Source of the DNA: Bacillales bacterium UBA2450 | GTDB lineage: Bacteria; Bacillota_I; Bacilli_A; RFN20; CAG-826 | Assembly: GCA_002342545.1 (NCBI GenBank) | Contig: DDQE01000036.1 | Location: 1,183-65,182 of the forward strand | Length of the DNA: 64,000 bases | Direction of reading: 5' to 3' | Shown: piece after piece, positions 28,064 through 37,271 of the stretch | Layout: each line of letters opens with the position of its first letter | Numbering within the stretch: position 1 is the first letter of the stretch | Position numbers and translations under genes: made by a program | Notes under the pieces: generated by a model | Seen by the model: only the letters and a program-made list of their open reading frames with translations | Told to the model about the DNA's origin: nothing | The model's database searches: none

Positions 28064-28635
28064 ACGGTAAAGATAATTATTCCAAGTAATGCTGATAAGC
28101 CTAGAAGTTTAATAGCTCCTAGGTTTTTCTTTTTGATTTTTTTATAAATAAATAGCATCGAGGAAAGAATTACTAATAAAGTGAAACTTCTAATATCAAA
28201 TTCAAATTCTCCTTTAAAGGAGGTGCCTCTAAAGAAGAGAACTTTGATAAATAAAACTAAAGCAGTGGATAAGATTAGAGCAAGAACAACTGGCCTAACT
28301 CCAGATAACGCTCCTTGAACATATTTATTCTTCATAAACTTCTTCATAATCATCGCAATAATTAAAATGATGATAATTGAAGGAAGAATAACTCCAATAG
28401 TGGAACAAATTGCTCCAAACACACCTCCAACGGAATTACCAACGAAAGTGGAGATGTTAATGGCAAATGGTCCAGGAGTTGCTTCACTCACTGCGATAAA
28501 GTCTGTGAGACTAGATTCACTAATCCAGCCTTTAGAAACAACTTGTTCTTGAATCATTGGAATCATCGCGTAGCCTCCACCAAAGGTGAATAAGCCAATT
28601 AGAAAGAAGGTATAGAAAAGTTCAAAGAAAATCAT
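28060..28635 (-). CDS. chrA: Chromate transporter (CHR) half-size subunit
   Basis: FGGGYAMIP and EATPGP motifs. Paired with the adjacent half-size gene. Confidence 0.8.
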   Translation of the reverse strand: MIFFELFYTFFLIGLFTFGGGYAMIPMIQEQVVSKGWISESSLTDFIAVSEATPGPFAINISTFVGNSVGGVFGAICSTIGVILPSIIIILIIAMIMKKFMKNKYVQGALSGVRPVVLALILSTALVLFIKVLFFRGTSFKGEFEFDIRSFTLLVILSSMLFIYKKIKKKNLGAIKLLGLSALLGIIIFTV

Positions 28636-29222
28636 TTACTATCCTCCTTTTTATTAGCGATTAAAGTTAAAACAATTCCGGTGATTATTCCTAATAAAAT
28701 TAGGGATAAAGATAAATATTTAAAACCAATATCGATGAAGGAGAAGATAAGCATTATGCTTAGGGCAGAAACAAATAAAATGGTGCCCACTAAGTTGACT
28801 TTAACGCCTTTTCTTAATCTTAAAACAGCAGAGAATAATAAAATTATGACTCCAACTTTTAAGCCTTTAAACATTGCGGAGATTACTGGCCACTTCATAA
28901 AGTCTTGATAGAAGAAAGAAATAACAAAAATAATGACAAAAGAAGGAATGGTGAGACCGATAGTGGCAACTATCCCTCCAACTATCCCTGCAACTTTATA
29001 GCCAACATAAGTAGCGGTATTAACAGCGATTGGTCCAGGAGTAGACTCGCTTATAGCGAGAATATCCATGATTTCTATTTCACTAATCCATTTCCTTTTT
29101 TTGGTGACTTCTTCTTCGATAATTGGAATCATCGCGTAGCCTCCACCAAAGGTGAGTGCCCCAATTTTCATAAAAGTCAGAAATAGAATTAGTAGCTTAA
29201 ATAGATAAGAATTCTTCTTCAT
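28632..29222 (-). CDS. chrA: Chromate transporter (CHR) half-size subunit
   Basis: FGGGYAMIPII and ESTPGP motifs. 4-nt overlap with its partner. Confidence 0.8.
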   Translation of the reverse strand: MKKNSYLFKLLILFLTFMKIGALTFGGGYAMIPIIEEEVTKKRKWISEIEIMDILAISESTPGPIAVNTATYVGYKVAGIVGGIVATIGLTIPSFVIIFVISFFYQDFMKWPVISAMFKGLKVGVIILLFSAVLRLRKGVKVNLVGTILFVSALSIMLIFSFIDIGFKYLSLSLILLGIITGIVLTLIANKKEDSK

Positions 29223-29353
29223 AACGGACTTATTATATACGAAGTCAATAGATTAATCTATTTGAACCAAGTATATGTATTTTGAAAAAATCTTGGAATA
29301 TGTAACTCGTTATTGCTATAATAACGCTTGACTGAATTTGTGAGGTATTAATA

Positions 29354-29836
29354 ATGGCAGAAAAAGTAATCTTAACAAAAGCTGGTAAAGAAGAACTTGA
29401 AAAAGAACTTCGTGAATTAATTGATAACACCAGAGAAGAAGTAAAAAGACAATTAACTGAAGCTCGTGCACAAGGCGACTTAAGTGAAAACGCTGACTAC
29501 GATGCTGCAAGAAATAGACAAGCTGAAGTCGAAGGTCGTATTAAAGAGATTGAAAACATCCTCTCCAATGCTGAAATTATCGATGATGAAGCAAAAGCTA
29601 AAAAAGGTGGCAATAAAGTTGCCCTTGGTTCAACTGTTACAGTGAAGTTCATTGAAACAGGTAAAGAAGGCAAATACATGATTGTTGGTACTGTTGAAAG
29701 CGACCCATTCAATAACAAAATTTCCAACGCTTCTCCATTAGGTGAGGCTTTAATTGGAAAAGTTGTTGGTGATGTCATTGATGTCAAAGGACCAAAAAAA
29801 GTCTACAAAGTAGAAGTCCTAAAAATAGGCGCCTAA
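29354..29836 (+). CDS. greA: Transcription elongation factor GreA
   Basis: The coiled-coil motif ARAQGDLSENADYDAA and a C-terminal FKBP-like domain. Confidence 0.9.
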   Translation: MAEKVILTKAGKEELEKELRELIDNTREEVKRQLTEARAQGDLSENADYDAARNRQAEVEGRIKEIENILSNAEIIDDEAKAKKGGNKVALGSTVTVKFIETGKEGKYMIVGTVESDPFNNKISNASPLGEALIGKVVGDVIDVKGPKKVYKVEVLKIGA

Positions 29837-29837
29837 A

Positions 29838-29884
29838 AAAATTTTTTTGCAAAAAAATCGCAAAACCTCCCTCTTTATATAATG
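29838..29884 (+). promoter_or_regulatory. 47-bp promoter module with perfect palindrome TTTTTTTGCAAAAAAA (29842-29857) and TATAAT (29878-29883), upstream of comEA-comEC
   Basis: 42 of 47 positions are identical to 50364-50410. The palindrome centre is about 40 nt upstream of the predicted TSS. Confidence 0.6.
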
Positions 29885-29902
29885 AAGGAGGTTTTTAATT
29901 TT

Positions 29903-30433
29903 ATGTTTAAAATCCTGATTGGGGTCGTAGTTGTGACAATCGCCGTCATTGCCGCATTTGTGATGATCGACCCAAAGTCGCAAATTCAGTCTGCTGGGAC
30001 AGTTACTGAGGTTGCGAATACCTTTACCGTTGCTATTGAAGGTGAGGTTTATAAGACTGGCAATTTTACAATGAAAGATGGTAGCACTATGCTCGATTTA
30101 ATTGAGACTGCTGGTGGTACAACTGTTAATGCTGATTCTAGAGCGTATTATGATGAAGCCCTTTTAACTAAAGGCATGACTTACTATATTGCCTCTAGAT
30201 ATGATACTAGTGATGTTTGTAGTGCTAGTGAAGTTAGTAAAGTGAATATCAATATTGATGATGCTGAAACTTTAGCTACAGTAAGTGGTATTACTTCCAC
30301 AATTGCTAATTCCATTATTACTTATCGAGAGACTAATGGAATATTTGCTACTTTAGAAGAGCTAATGGAAGTATACGGCATTGGTAATGCTACTTATCGT
30401 AAGATCCGTAACTATGTAATTCTTCACGCGTGA
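29903..30433 (+). CDS. comEA: Competence protein ComEA (SLBB plus helix-hairpin-helix DNA receptor)
   Basis: N-terminal TM helix and a C-terminal HhH region (ATVSGITSTIANSIITYRETNGIFATLEELMEVYGIGNATYRKI). Start at ATG 29903 after AGGAGG; the track start at 29882 lies in the -10 box. Confidence 0.8.
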   Translation: MFKILIGVVVVTIAVIAAFVMIDPKSQIQSAGTVTEVANTFTVAIEGEVYKTGNFTMKDGSTMLDLIETAGGTTVNADSRAYYDEALLTKGMTYYIASRYDTSDVCSASEVSKVNINIDDAETLATVSGITSTIANSIITYRETNGIFATLEELMEVYGIGNATYRKIRNYVILHA

Positions 30434-32433
30434 GTTTATTAGTTCTATTTGTTCTTCTATATCTTGGTATTAATGTTCGAGTATCAATAATTCTAGGAGT
30501 CATAGAACTAGTAATTGTTCTTGCTTTTGCCTTTTATCGCTTCGGTAAGAAAGTATTTATTGCTGGGATGATATCTTGCCTCATTGGTGTTGGTTTGTCC
30601 TTTATAAGGCCTAATTTCAATAAGAGCGAATATAGCGGAATAGTGGAAGAAGTTAAAGAAAACTATTTCATCTTTAATTCCACTTTTGAAAAACTTTATG
30701 TTTATCAAAGAGAACATTCTTTTGAAATAGGGGATATCTTATCGATAAAAGGTAGTAAAGTTCCTTTGGATTTTGAGATTTTAGAATCAAACTTCAATTT
30801 CCAAAAATACCTCAATAATAAAGGGGTATATTCCCAGATGTATCCCACATCAATTGAGGTTAAATTTAGAAACCCAATTAGAGTCTTATCTTTTAAAAAG
30901 GAATTTCTTTCTCATTTTTCTAGTAATTCTAAAGCTTTAATTGGCTCATTTCTTTTCTCTATGGGAAGTGATGAAGATGTCTATAGTGAGATGAGATCGC
31001 TTCATTTAAATCGTCTATTATCTAATAGCGGATTTTATTTAACGATTTTATATTCATTTTTAGCGTTTTGTGTTTCTAGATTCATTAAAAAAGACAAATA
31101 TAAAGACTTAGTACTTATAGGGCTATTCTTACCTACTTTTATCTTGTCTTATCCACGGTTTGTGGTCATTAAATTTGTCTTTTTAAAACTCTTAAGGTGG
31201 ATCAATAATCATTTATTAAAAAAGAAGTTTTCTTATTTAGAATTAGTCTCCTTTTCTGGAATATTCTTTTTAATTATTAATCCGTTTTACGCTTATCAAG
31301 ATGGATTCTTGTTAACTTATCTAATCCCCATTAGCGCTTTTTTCTTTCAGAATTCCTTCAAAGGATATAAACCCTTTCAAAAGAAACTACTCATTAGTGG
31401 ATTGATTCTAATAGAGTTTATTCCTTTTGCCTTAGCTTTTTACCAAGAGATCTCCATAGTTTCTATTATTTATCACATTATTTTATCTCCGTTTTTTGTT
31501 TTATATTATTTTCTTTCCTTATTATCTATTACCCATATTCCGATATATGGGATAGTTAATGGTTATGGAGATTTCTTATCTCAGGCGATATCTTTCTTTT
31601 CTAAATATAACCTCACAATATATGGAATAGAAATGAGTAATTTAACGATTCTTTTATTTGAAGTTCTATTCTTTATTGTCGTTTATTTTTTATCTAGTCG
31701 CTTTAAGCCAATGATCTACGCTTCTAGTGGGCTATTATTAATTCTTAATCTATTTTATTTTATTCCTCTAAATAGTTTATTTAATGACCAAGTATTTTTT
31801 ATCAATGTAGGTCAAGGAGATGCGACATTAATTAGAAGAAAAGATACCGCTATTTTAATTGATACCGGTGGACATAAAAGTATTAATATGGCAAAAGAAA
31901 CATTGATTCCGTTTTTTAAAAAGAATCAGATTTACGATATTGATTTATTAATTACCACTCATGATGACTTCGACCATTCTGGAGCGGTTAATTCTTTAAT
32001 TGAGAATTTTACAGTGAAACGTTACGAAAAAGATTATAAATCTTTTCCTATTAGTATAGGAGGATTTAATTTGACTAATTATAATATCTATCCTGAATTA
32101 TGGAATGAAGAAAACGATCGTTCGTTAGTGATTGGATTTAACACTAAAGAATATCATTATCTCATTATGGGTGATGCTCCTAAAAAGATTGAATCTAGGA
32201 TAATGAAAGATAATGTTTCTATTCCTTGTGACATTTTAAAGGTGGGACACCATGGGTCAAACACTTCTAGCGGTGACGCTTTTATTAAATATCTTTCTCC
32301 AAAAGTTGGAGTGATATCGTGTGGAAAAAAGAATAAATACGGACATCCTCATAGTGAAGTAGTAGCGATTTTAAATAAATATAAAGTCCGAATTCGAAGA
32401 ACTGATTTAGAAGGAACAATAACTTATTACTAG
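30430..32433 (+). CDS. comEC: DNA internalisation channel ComEC/Rec2
   Basis: Polytopic competence domain plus a C-terminal MBL domain (VGQGDATLI, THDDFDHSG, VGHHGS). Confidence 0.85.
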   Translation: MSLLVLFVLLYLGINVRVSIILGVIELVIVLAFAFYRFGKKVFIAGMISCLIGVGLSFIRPNFNKSEYSGIVEEVKENYFIFNSTFEKLYVYQREHSFEIGDILSIKGSKVPLDFEILESNFNFQKYLNNKGVYSQMYPTSIEVKFRNPIRVLSFKKEFLSHFSSNSKALIGSFLFSMGSDEDVYSEMRSLHLNRLLSNSGFYLTILYSFLAFCVSRFIKKDKYKDLVLIGLFLPTFILSYPRFVVIKFVFLKLLRWINNHLLKKKFSYLELVSFSGIFFLIINPFYAYQDGFLLTYLIPISAFFFQNSFKGYKPFQKKLLISGLILIEFIPFALAFYQEISIVSIIYHIILSPFFVLYYFLSLLSITHIPIYGIVNGYGDFLSQAISFFSKYNLTIYGIEMSNLTILLFEVLFFIVVYFLSSRFKPMIYASSGLLLILNLFYFIPLNSLFNDQVFFINVGQGDATLIRRKDTAILIDTGGHKSINMAKETLIPFFKKNQIYDIDLLITTHDDFDHSGAVNSLIENFTVKRYEKDYKSFPISIGGFNLTNYNIYPELWNEENDRSLVIGFNTKEYHYLIMGDAPKKIESRIMKDNVSIPCDILKVGHHGSNTSSGDAFIKYLSPKVGVISCGKKNKYGHPHSEVVAILNKYKVRIRRTDLEGTITYY

Positions 32434-32464
32434 TAGAACTGAAAATAAGTTATAATAGTTAGCG

Positions 32465-33445
32465 ATGATTTATTTTGTTTACGGTAATCAAGGACCAAAT
32501 ATTAAGTCGCAAATCCGAAAGATTGGCGAATCTTTTTTAGAGGAAGAAAAACCAGATGAACTTAATTTTATTAAGTTAGATGGCCATAATGTCTTAATCC
32601 AAGATGCAGTTGATGAATGTAAATATGTAGCCTTAGGTTATGAAAAGAAAGTTGTTTCATTAGAAAACTGTTATTTTCTTTTAAAACCAAAGCCAAAAAA
32701 CAAAATTGAATCTGATCAAAATTATGACGAGCTATTAAACTATATTGAAAACAGTTCTCAGGACTTAGAATCATGCTTGATACTTTCAGTATGTAGTTCT
32801 TCTATTGATGAAAAAAGCACTCTATTTAAATTGTTAAAAGAAAAAGCAAAAGTTATTCAAATAGTGGATCCAGATGAAAAAGGCTGGAATGAATATGTAA
32901 GAGCTTATTTAGCTAAAAAAGGAATCGTTATCGATAGAGACGCGATTATGGAACTCGCAGAACGTACCTCTGGAGATGTTTCTTTATTTCAAAATAGTGT
33001 CCAAATCTTAACTTTATATACCGACCACATTCGTTATAAAGATGTTATTTTGATGATTAATAAACCATTAGAAGATAACGCTTTCTTAATCTTTAATTTA
33101 TTAGTGGATAATAAAAACGCTGAAGCGATTGGTTTATTCCGTGATTTGCAAGTTAAGAATATTCAATCTCCAACTTTAATTGCTCAACTTGGTAATCAAT
33201 TTCGCTTATTATCAGAGATTAGTTACTTAAGCAAAAAGAGAATGCCTAAAGAAGAGATTGCTAATGAATTAAAAATTAAACCAGGTAGAGTCTATGTTCT
33301 TTCTAAACTCTTGCCAATGATTTCTGATAAAGCCATCAAAAGAACTTTAGACGATTTATATCAACTAGATTTCGACATAAAAAGCGGCCTTGTCGACCGC
33401 AATTATGGTTTTGAATTGTTTTTAATAAAGTTTAAAACGCAATAA
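32465..33445 (+). CDS. holA: DNA polymerase III delta subunit
   Basis: 326 aa in the conserved comEC-holA-rpsT position. ATG lies 8 nt after TATAAT at 32451-32456. Confidence 0.7.
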   Translation: MIYFVYGNQGPNIKSQIRKIGESFLEEEKPDELNFIKLDGHNVLIQDAVDECKYVALGYEKKVVSLENCYFLLKPKPKNKIESDQNYDELLNYIENSSQDLESCLILSVCSSSIDEKSTLFKLLKEKAKVIQIVDPDEKGWNEYVRAYLAKKGIVIDRDAIMELAERTSGDVSLFQNSVQILTLYTDHIRYKDVILMINKPLEDNAFLIFNLLVDNKNAEAIGLFRDLQVKNIQSPTLIAQLGNQFRLLSEISYLSKKRMPKEEIANELKIKPGRVYVLSKLLPMISDKAIKRTLDDLYQLDFDIKSGLVDRNYGFELFLIKFKTQ

Positions 33446-33452
33446 GGTTTAC

Positions 33453-33716
33453 TTATTTAATAGAGTTAACTAATCTTTGGATCTCGCTTTTTTGTCTTGC
33501 AGCGGTGTTTTTGTGTTGAACACCATCAGAGACGGATTTATCGATTAAACGATATGCTTCTAATAAAGCTTTTTCAGCTTCTTCTTTTTTGCCAGCTTCA
33601 ACTGCAACTTTTACTTTCTTAATAGAAGTTCTAATTGCACTTTTTGCAGCCTTGTTTCTTAAGCGTGCTTTTTCGTTTGTACGATTACGTTTGATTTGAG
33701 ATTTAATGTTTGCCAT
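33453..33716 (-). CDS. rpsT: 30S ribosomal protein S20
   Basis: MANIKSQIKRNRTNEKARLRNK N-terminus. Confidence 0.95.
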   Translation of the reverse strand: MANIKSQIKRNRTNEKARLRNKAAKSAIRTSIKKVKVAVEAGKKEEAEKALLEAYRLIDKSVSDGVQHKNTAARQKSEIQRLVNSIK

Positions 33717-33788
33717 GTGTATACCTTCTTTTTTGCGTCAGCGTTAATGATACTAAATGCTTATAAATAATGCAAATAATATTTGTAA

Positions 33789-35789
33789 TTATTTCTTCTT
33801 CTTTTGTAATGAAACAATTTCTTCAGCGAAATCATTAATACAAGTTAATTTACCATAAGATGTTTCTGGAATGGTGACTTTGAATTGATCTTGAACAGTG
33901 GTGATTAATTCCACATAACTCATGGAATCTCCTCCTAAAGCATCAATCCAGTGTGCGTCATCATCAATCTTAAATTCTGGAAGAATTAAGATTTTAGAGA
34001 AGATTTTTCTTAATGGTTCAACAACTTTCTCCATAGTTTCTTTAGAGAAGTTTTTGTTGCCTTTAACTTCTTTTTTGAAATCAAATGGGATATAGTCGCC
34101 GTTCATTGTTTCAATACTCTTTTTAACAACGAAACGTTTAACTTTCATGTTGTTAGCGATTGGTAATTTATTTCTTGCGAAATAGAATTCTGTAATCTTT
34201 GTGCCTTTTGGTAAATTGAGTCCGGCTTTCTTAACTTCTTCTTTTAAAGCATCGATTTCATCGCTAGAAATGCTGTTATCAATTTCTACTGCACAAACAA
34301 TTCTTTGATTCTTTGTACCTTTTTGATCAACACCTAAGACACAGACAGCTTGGATATGAGGAATCTTCTTAAAGAAGATTTCAAGTTCGTCAGGGAAGAT
34401 GTTTTCTCCATCCGCATTAATGATGACGTCTTTCATTCTACCTTTTAAATAATATCTATTTGTGGCATCGACTTCAGCGATATCGCCAGTAGAGAAATAT
34501 CCGTCTTTATCAAGCTGAGTTTCTCTTTCTACTCCACCGATAATTTCTCTAATATGAGTGATATCAGATTTAACTAATAATTCACCAGTACGTCCTTTGC
34601 CATTTGTTGGTTTAATCTTATAGGACACGCCATGAAGTGGGATGCCGATAGAACCTTTAAGTCTTAATTCCACAATTGGAGATAATTCAACAGAAGTAAT
34701 ACCGATTTCTGTCATTCCATATCCATTATATAATGGATAACCAACACCATTAATCACGGTTTGAGTCTTGCTATCTAGATATCCGCCACCGGAAATACAG
34801 AAGCGAATTTTATTACCTAATAATTTCTTTTGAATAGTGTTTTGAACCATTTTTACTGGGCCAGCTTCTTCTTTTAAGATTTTGCCAGTGTTATAGCCAA
34901 TTAATTTATCTATGTATTGTTGTCTAGTTGGAGTCTCTAAGGCCTTCTTTCTTTCTAAACCTTGGGCTAAAGAATCCCAAAATAGTGGGACAGAGAAGAC
35001 GTGAGTGACTTTACATTTTTGACAGACACTTTGAACTTCTGATGGGGCTAAATTACGAACAAAAACGAAGTTTGCTCCATAATAGAAATACCATAAGAAA
35101 GTGGCGATGAAGCCAAAGATATGATGGAATGGAATCATTGCTAAAACTTTGAGTGGTCCCATTGATTTTGGATATAAGAGGTCTTTAGAAGTCTCAGCAA
35201 AATCTAAAGCTGCTAAGATTTGATGGCATAAGTTTTCGCCGTTAAAGACCATAAGCTTCACATCACCAGTAGTGCCGCTAGAACAGAAGATGACTTCGTT
35301 TTCCCAGTTAGGAGCGAATTCGTAACTATGTTTTTCTTGTAATAAGTCTCTTAAAGAGAACTTAGGAACATCATATGTATTGTTATCATCTGTAATAATA
35401 GCAATAGCCTTACCTTGCTTAATTAAGTTTTCAGTTCCTTCTTTAGATGTTTTTGCGTCAACTAATAATGGCTTGTAGCCAGTCATTAAAATCGCCCAGA
35501 AAATCTCTCCCCAGTGTGGTCCATTATTCGCTTTAAGAACAATAGGAACATTCTTAGGCTGTTGAATCATGAAATTAGATAAAATAGACGCGATTTCAAA
35601 GGCGTGCTTTCTAAATCTTGAATATTTGTATTTCTTTAATTTACCTTCGTTATTAGTGTAGGTAACTGCGATTCTTTTTAAATTTCTTTTTGTGGATAAG
35701 ACAAATATGTCTTCCATAGTTCTTGATGTGTTAAGAAGTAAGTTTGCTTCTTCCGCACAGGATTTAACTTTTTTGTATTCAGGGTACAT
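33789..35789 (-). CDS. Stand-alone adenylation (AMP-binding) plus carrier-protein didomain enzyme
   Basis: Adenylation motifs SSGTTGDVK, YGMTE, STGDIAEVD, GRMKDVIINADGENIFPDELE and NNMKVKR. C-terminal carrier motif LGGDSMSYVEL. Start at ATG 35789 after aaggag. Confidence 0.75.
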   Translation of the reverse strand: MYPEYKKVKSCAEEANLLLNTSRTMEDIFVLSTKRNLKRIAVTYTNNEGKLKKYKYSRFRKHAFEIASILSNFMIQQPKNVPIVLKANNGPHWGEIFWAILMTGYKPLLVDAKTSKEGTENLIKQGKAIAIITDDNNTYDVPKFSLRDLLQEKHSYEFAPNWENEVIFCSSGTTGDVKLMVFNGENLCHQILAALDFAETSKDLLYPKSMGPLKVLAMIPFHHIFGFIATFLWYFYYGANFVFVRNLAPSEVQSVCQKCKVTHVFSVPLFWDSLAQGLERKKALETPTRQQYIDKLIGYNTGKILKEEAGPVKMVQNTIQKKLLGNKIRFCISGGGYLDSKTQTVINGVGYPLYNGYGMTEIGITSVELSPIVELRLKGSIGIPLHGVSYKIKPTNGKGRTGELLVKSDITHIREIIGGVERETQLDKDGYFSTGDIAEVDATNRYYLKGRMKDVIINADGENIFPDELEIFFKKIPHIQAVCVLGVDQKGTKNQRIVCAVEIDNSISSDEIDALKEEVKKAGLNLPKGTKITEFYFARNKLPIANNMKVKRFVVKKSIETMNGDYIPFDFKKEVKGNKNFSKETMEKVVEPLRKIFSKILILPEFKIDDDAHWIDALGGDSMSYVELITTVQDQFKVTIPETSYGKLTCINDFAEEIVSLQKKKK

Positions 35790-35817
35790 GCTAGTCTCCT
35801 TTGTTTCCTTGTGTATT

Positions 35818-36279
35818 TTAAACCATTTGTTCATTTATGAGAATATCTTTTGCTTCTATATCATAAACTATGATAGAGCTAGAACCTTCATTAATATCCA
35901 TAATCATAAATGTTCCATTAGTGTTGTCTCTAGGAAGAGTAGTAGAGCCAGGATTTAAAAAAATCTTGTCTCCTTCTATATAAAATTTATATTGATGGGT
36001 GTGTCCATTAATAAGAAATTTATTATCTTTAATTTGTTCATTAGTAAAAGACGGCTTATGTTTCATTAATAAATATCCCTTGGGAGTGTAGATTCTTATC
36101 AATTCATCAAACGGATAATAATCGGTATTTCCTTTAACTGATTCAAAAGGGTATAGAGTATCTCTATCTAGCCCGCTATCACCAGCGTGTAAATAATAAT
36201 CCATATTTGGATAAGCATTAACAAGCTCTTTTAATATCTTCTCGTCTCCATGAGAGTCACTAACCACTAAAATTTTCAC
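35818..36279 (-). CDS. yfcE: YfcE-family metallophosphoesterase
   Basis: KILVVSDSHGD, HAGD and NGHTH motifs. GTG start lies 7 nt after TATAAT on the minus strand. Confidence 0.8.
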   Translation of the reverse strand: MKILVVSDSHGDEKILKELVNAYPNMDYYLHAGDSGLDRDTLYPFESVKGNTDYYPFDELIRIYTPKGYLLMKHKPSFTNEQIKDNKFLINGHTHQYKFYIEGDKIFLNPGSTTLPRDNTNGTFMIMDINEGSSSIIVYDIEAKDILINEQMV

Positions 36280-36338
36280 GATAAATATTATACTCTTTTC
36301 TCTTTATAGTTAGTATCTTTAAGTATATAATTATTCTT

Positions 36339-37271
36339 ATGAATAAGAAGCGCATCATTTTTATGGGAACTCCAGAAATATCCGCTACTGTTTTAGAGGG
36401 TATTATTTCTAGTGGGTATAATGTGGTTGCTGTTATCGCTCAACCTGATCGCCCAGTTGGTAGAAAAAAGATATTGATGCCTGTTCCTACTAAAGAAGTA
36501 GCGTTAAGACATAACATCCCAGTATATCAACCTATTAAGATCAGAAAAGAATATGAATTTGTTAAAGAATTAAACCCAGATGTCATTATCACTTTAGCGT
36601 ATGGACAAATTGTTCCTCAAGGCTTGTTAGATATTCCTTCTTTAGGGTGCTTAAATCTTCATGGAAGCTTACTTCCAAAATATCGAGGTGCCGCTCCGAT
36701 ACAATACGCACTTATGAATAACGACAAAGTGACCGGAATGACCTTAATGAAAATGGTTAAGGAAATGGATGCCGGAGAGATGTATGCGACTGAAGAAGTG
36801 ATAATCGAAGAAAGTGATAATTCAACTTCTTTATTCAAAAAGATGGGTGAGGCTGCTCTTAGATTAATTCTTAAAGAATTACCAAATATTCTAGAAGGAA
36901 AGTTAGTGGGAACCTCACAAGATGAATCTATGGTGAGTTTTGCTCCAAGCATCAAACCTGAAGAGGAAAAACTTGATTTAAATAAATCAAAAGAAGAGTT
37001 ACATGGTTATATTAGAGCCTTAAGCGATGTTCCTGGAGCCTATTTATATTTAGAAGGTCTTAAATTTAAAATTTATCGTTCTTCTATTGTTTCTGACGAA
37101 CTAATTGGAAAAGTTGGAGAAATTGTTAAAGCAGATAAAAAAGGACTACATCTACAAACCAAAAATGGGGTTTTAGCCTTATTAGATGTTCAACTTGAAG
37201 GCAAAAAAAGAATGGATTATATGTCCTTTATTAATGGACATCCAAATTTATTACACGAATTATTGCAATGA
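36339..37271 (+). CDS. fmt: Methionyl-tRNA formyltransferase
   Basis: RIIFMGTPE N-terminus and the NLHGSLLPKYRGAAPIQ motif. ATG lies 7 nt after TATAAT at 36326-36331. Confidence 0.9.
   Translation: MNKKRIIFMGTPEISATVLEGIISSGYNVVAVIAQPDRPVGRKKILMPVPTKEVALRHNIPVYQPIKIRKEYEFVKELNPDVIITLAYGQIVPQGLLDIPSLGCLNLHGSLLPKYRGAAPIQYALMNNDKVTGMTLMKMVKEMDAGEMYATEEVIIEESDNSTSLFKKMGEAALRLILKELPNILEGKLVGTSQDESMVSFAPSIKPEEEKLDLNKSKEELHGYIRALSDVPGAYLYLEGLKFKIYRSSIVSDELIGKVGEIVKADKKGLHLQTKNGVLALLDVQLEGKKRMDYMSFINGHPNLLHELLQ

Noticed and set aside
28367-29186. Plus-strand ORFs (61, 75 and 93 aa) opposite the two chromate-transporter genes, and minus-strand ORFs at 29245-29510 in or near the greA start.
   Set aside because: They are antisense to clear CHR-family and GreA coding sequence, and their translations show no motifs or hydrophobic periodicity of their own.
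30428-30433. Possible TGA-as-Trp recoding (Mollicutes code 4).
   Set aside because: TGA terminates comEA at the expected length, and also the ORF ending at 20570. Trp is encoded by TGG throughout, and no conserved protein needs read-through. The standard code 11 applies.
35692-35958. 88-aa plus-strand ORF across the junction of the adenylating enzyme and yfcE.
   Set aside because: It lies antisense to two well-supported minus-strand genes and their SD region, with no supporting signals.
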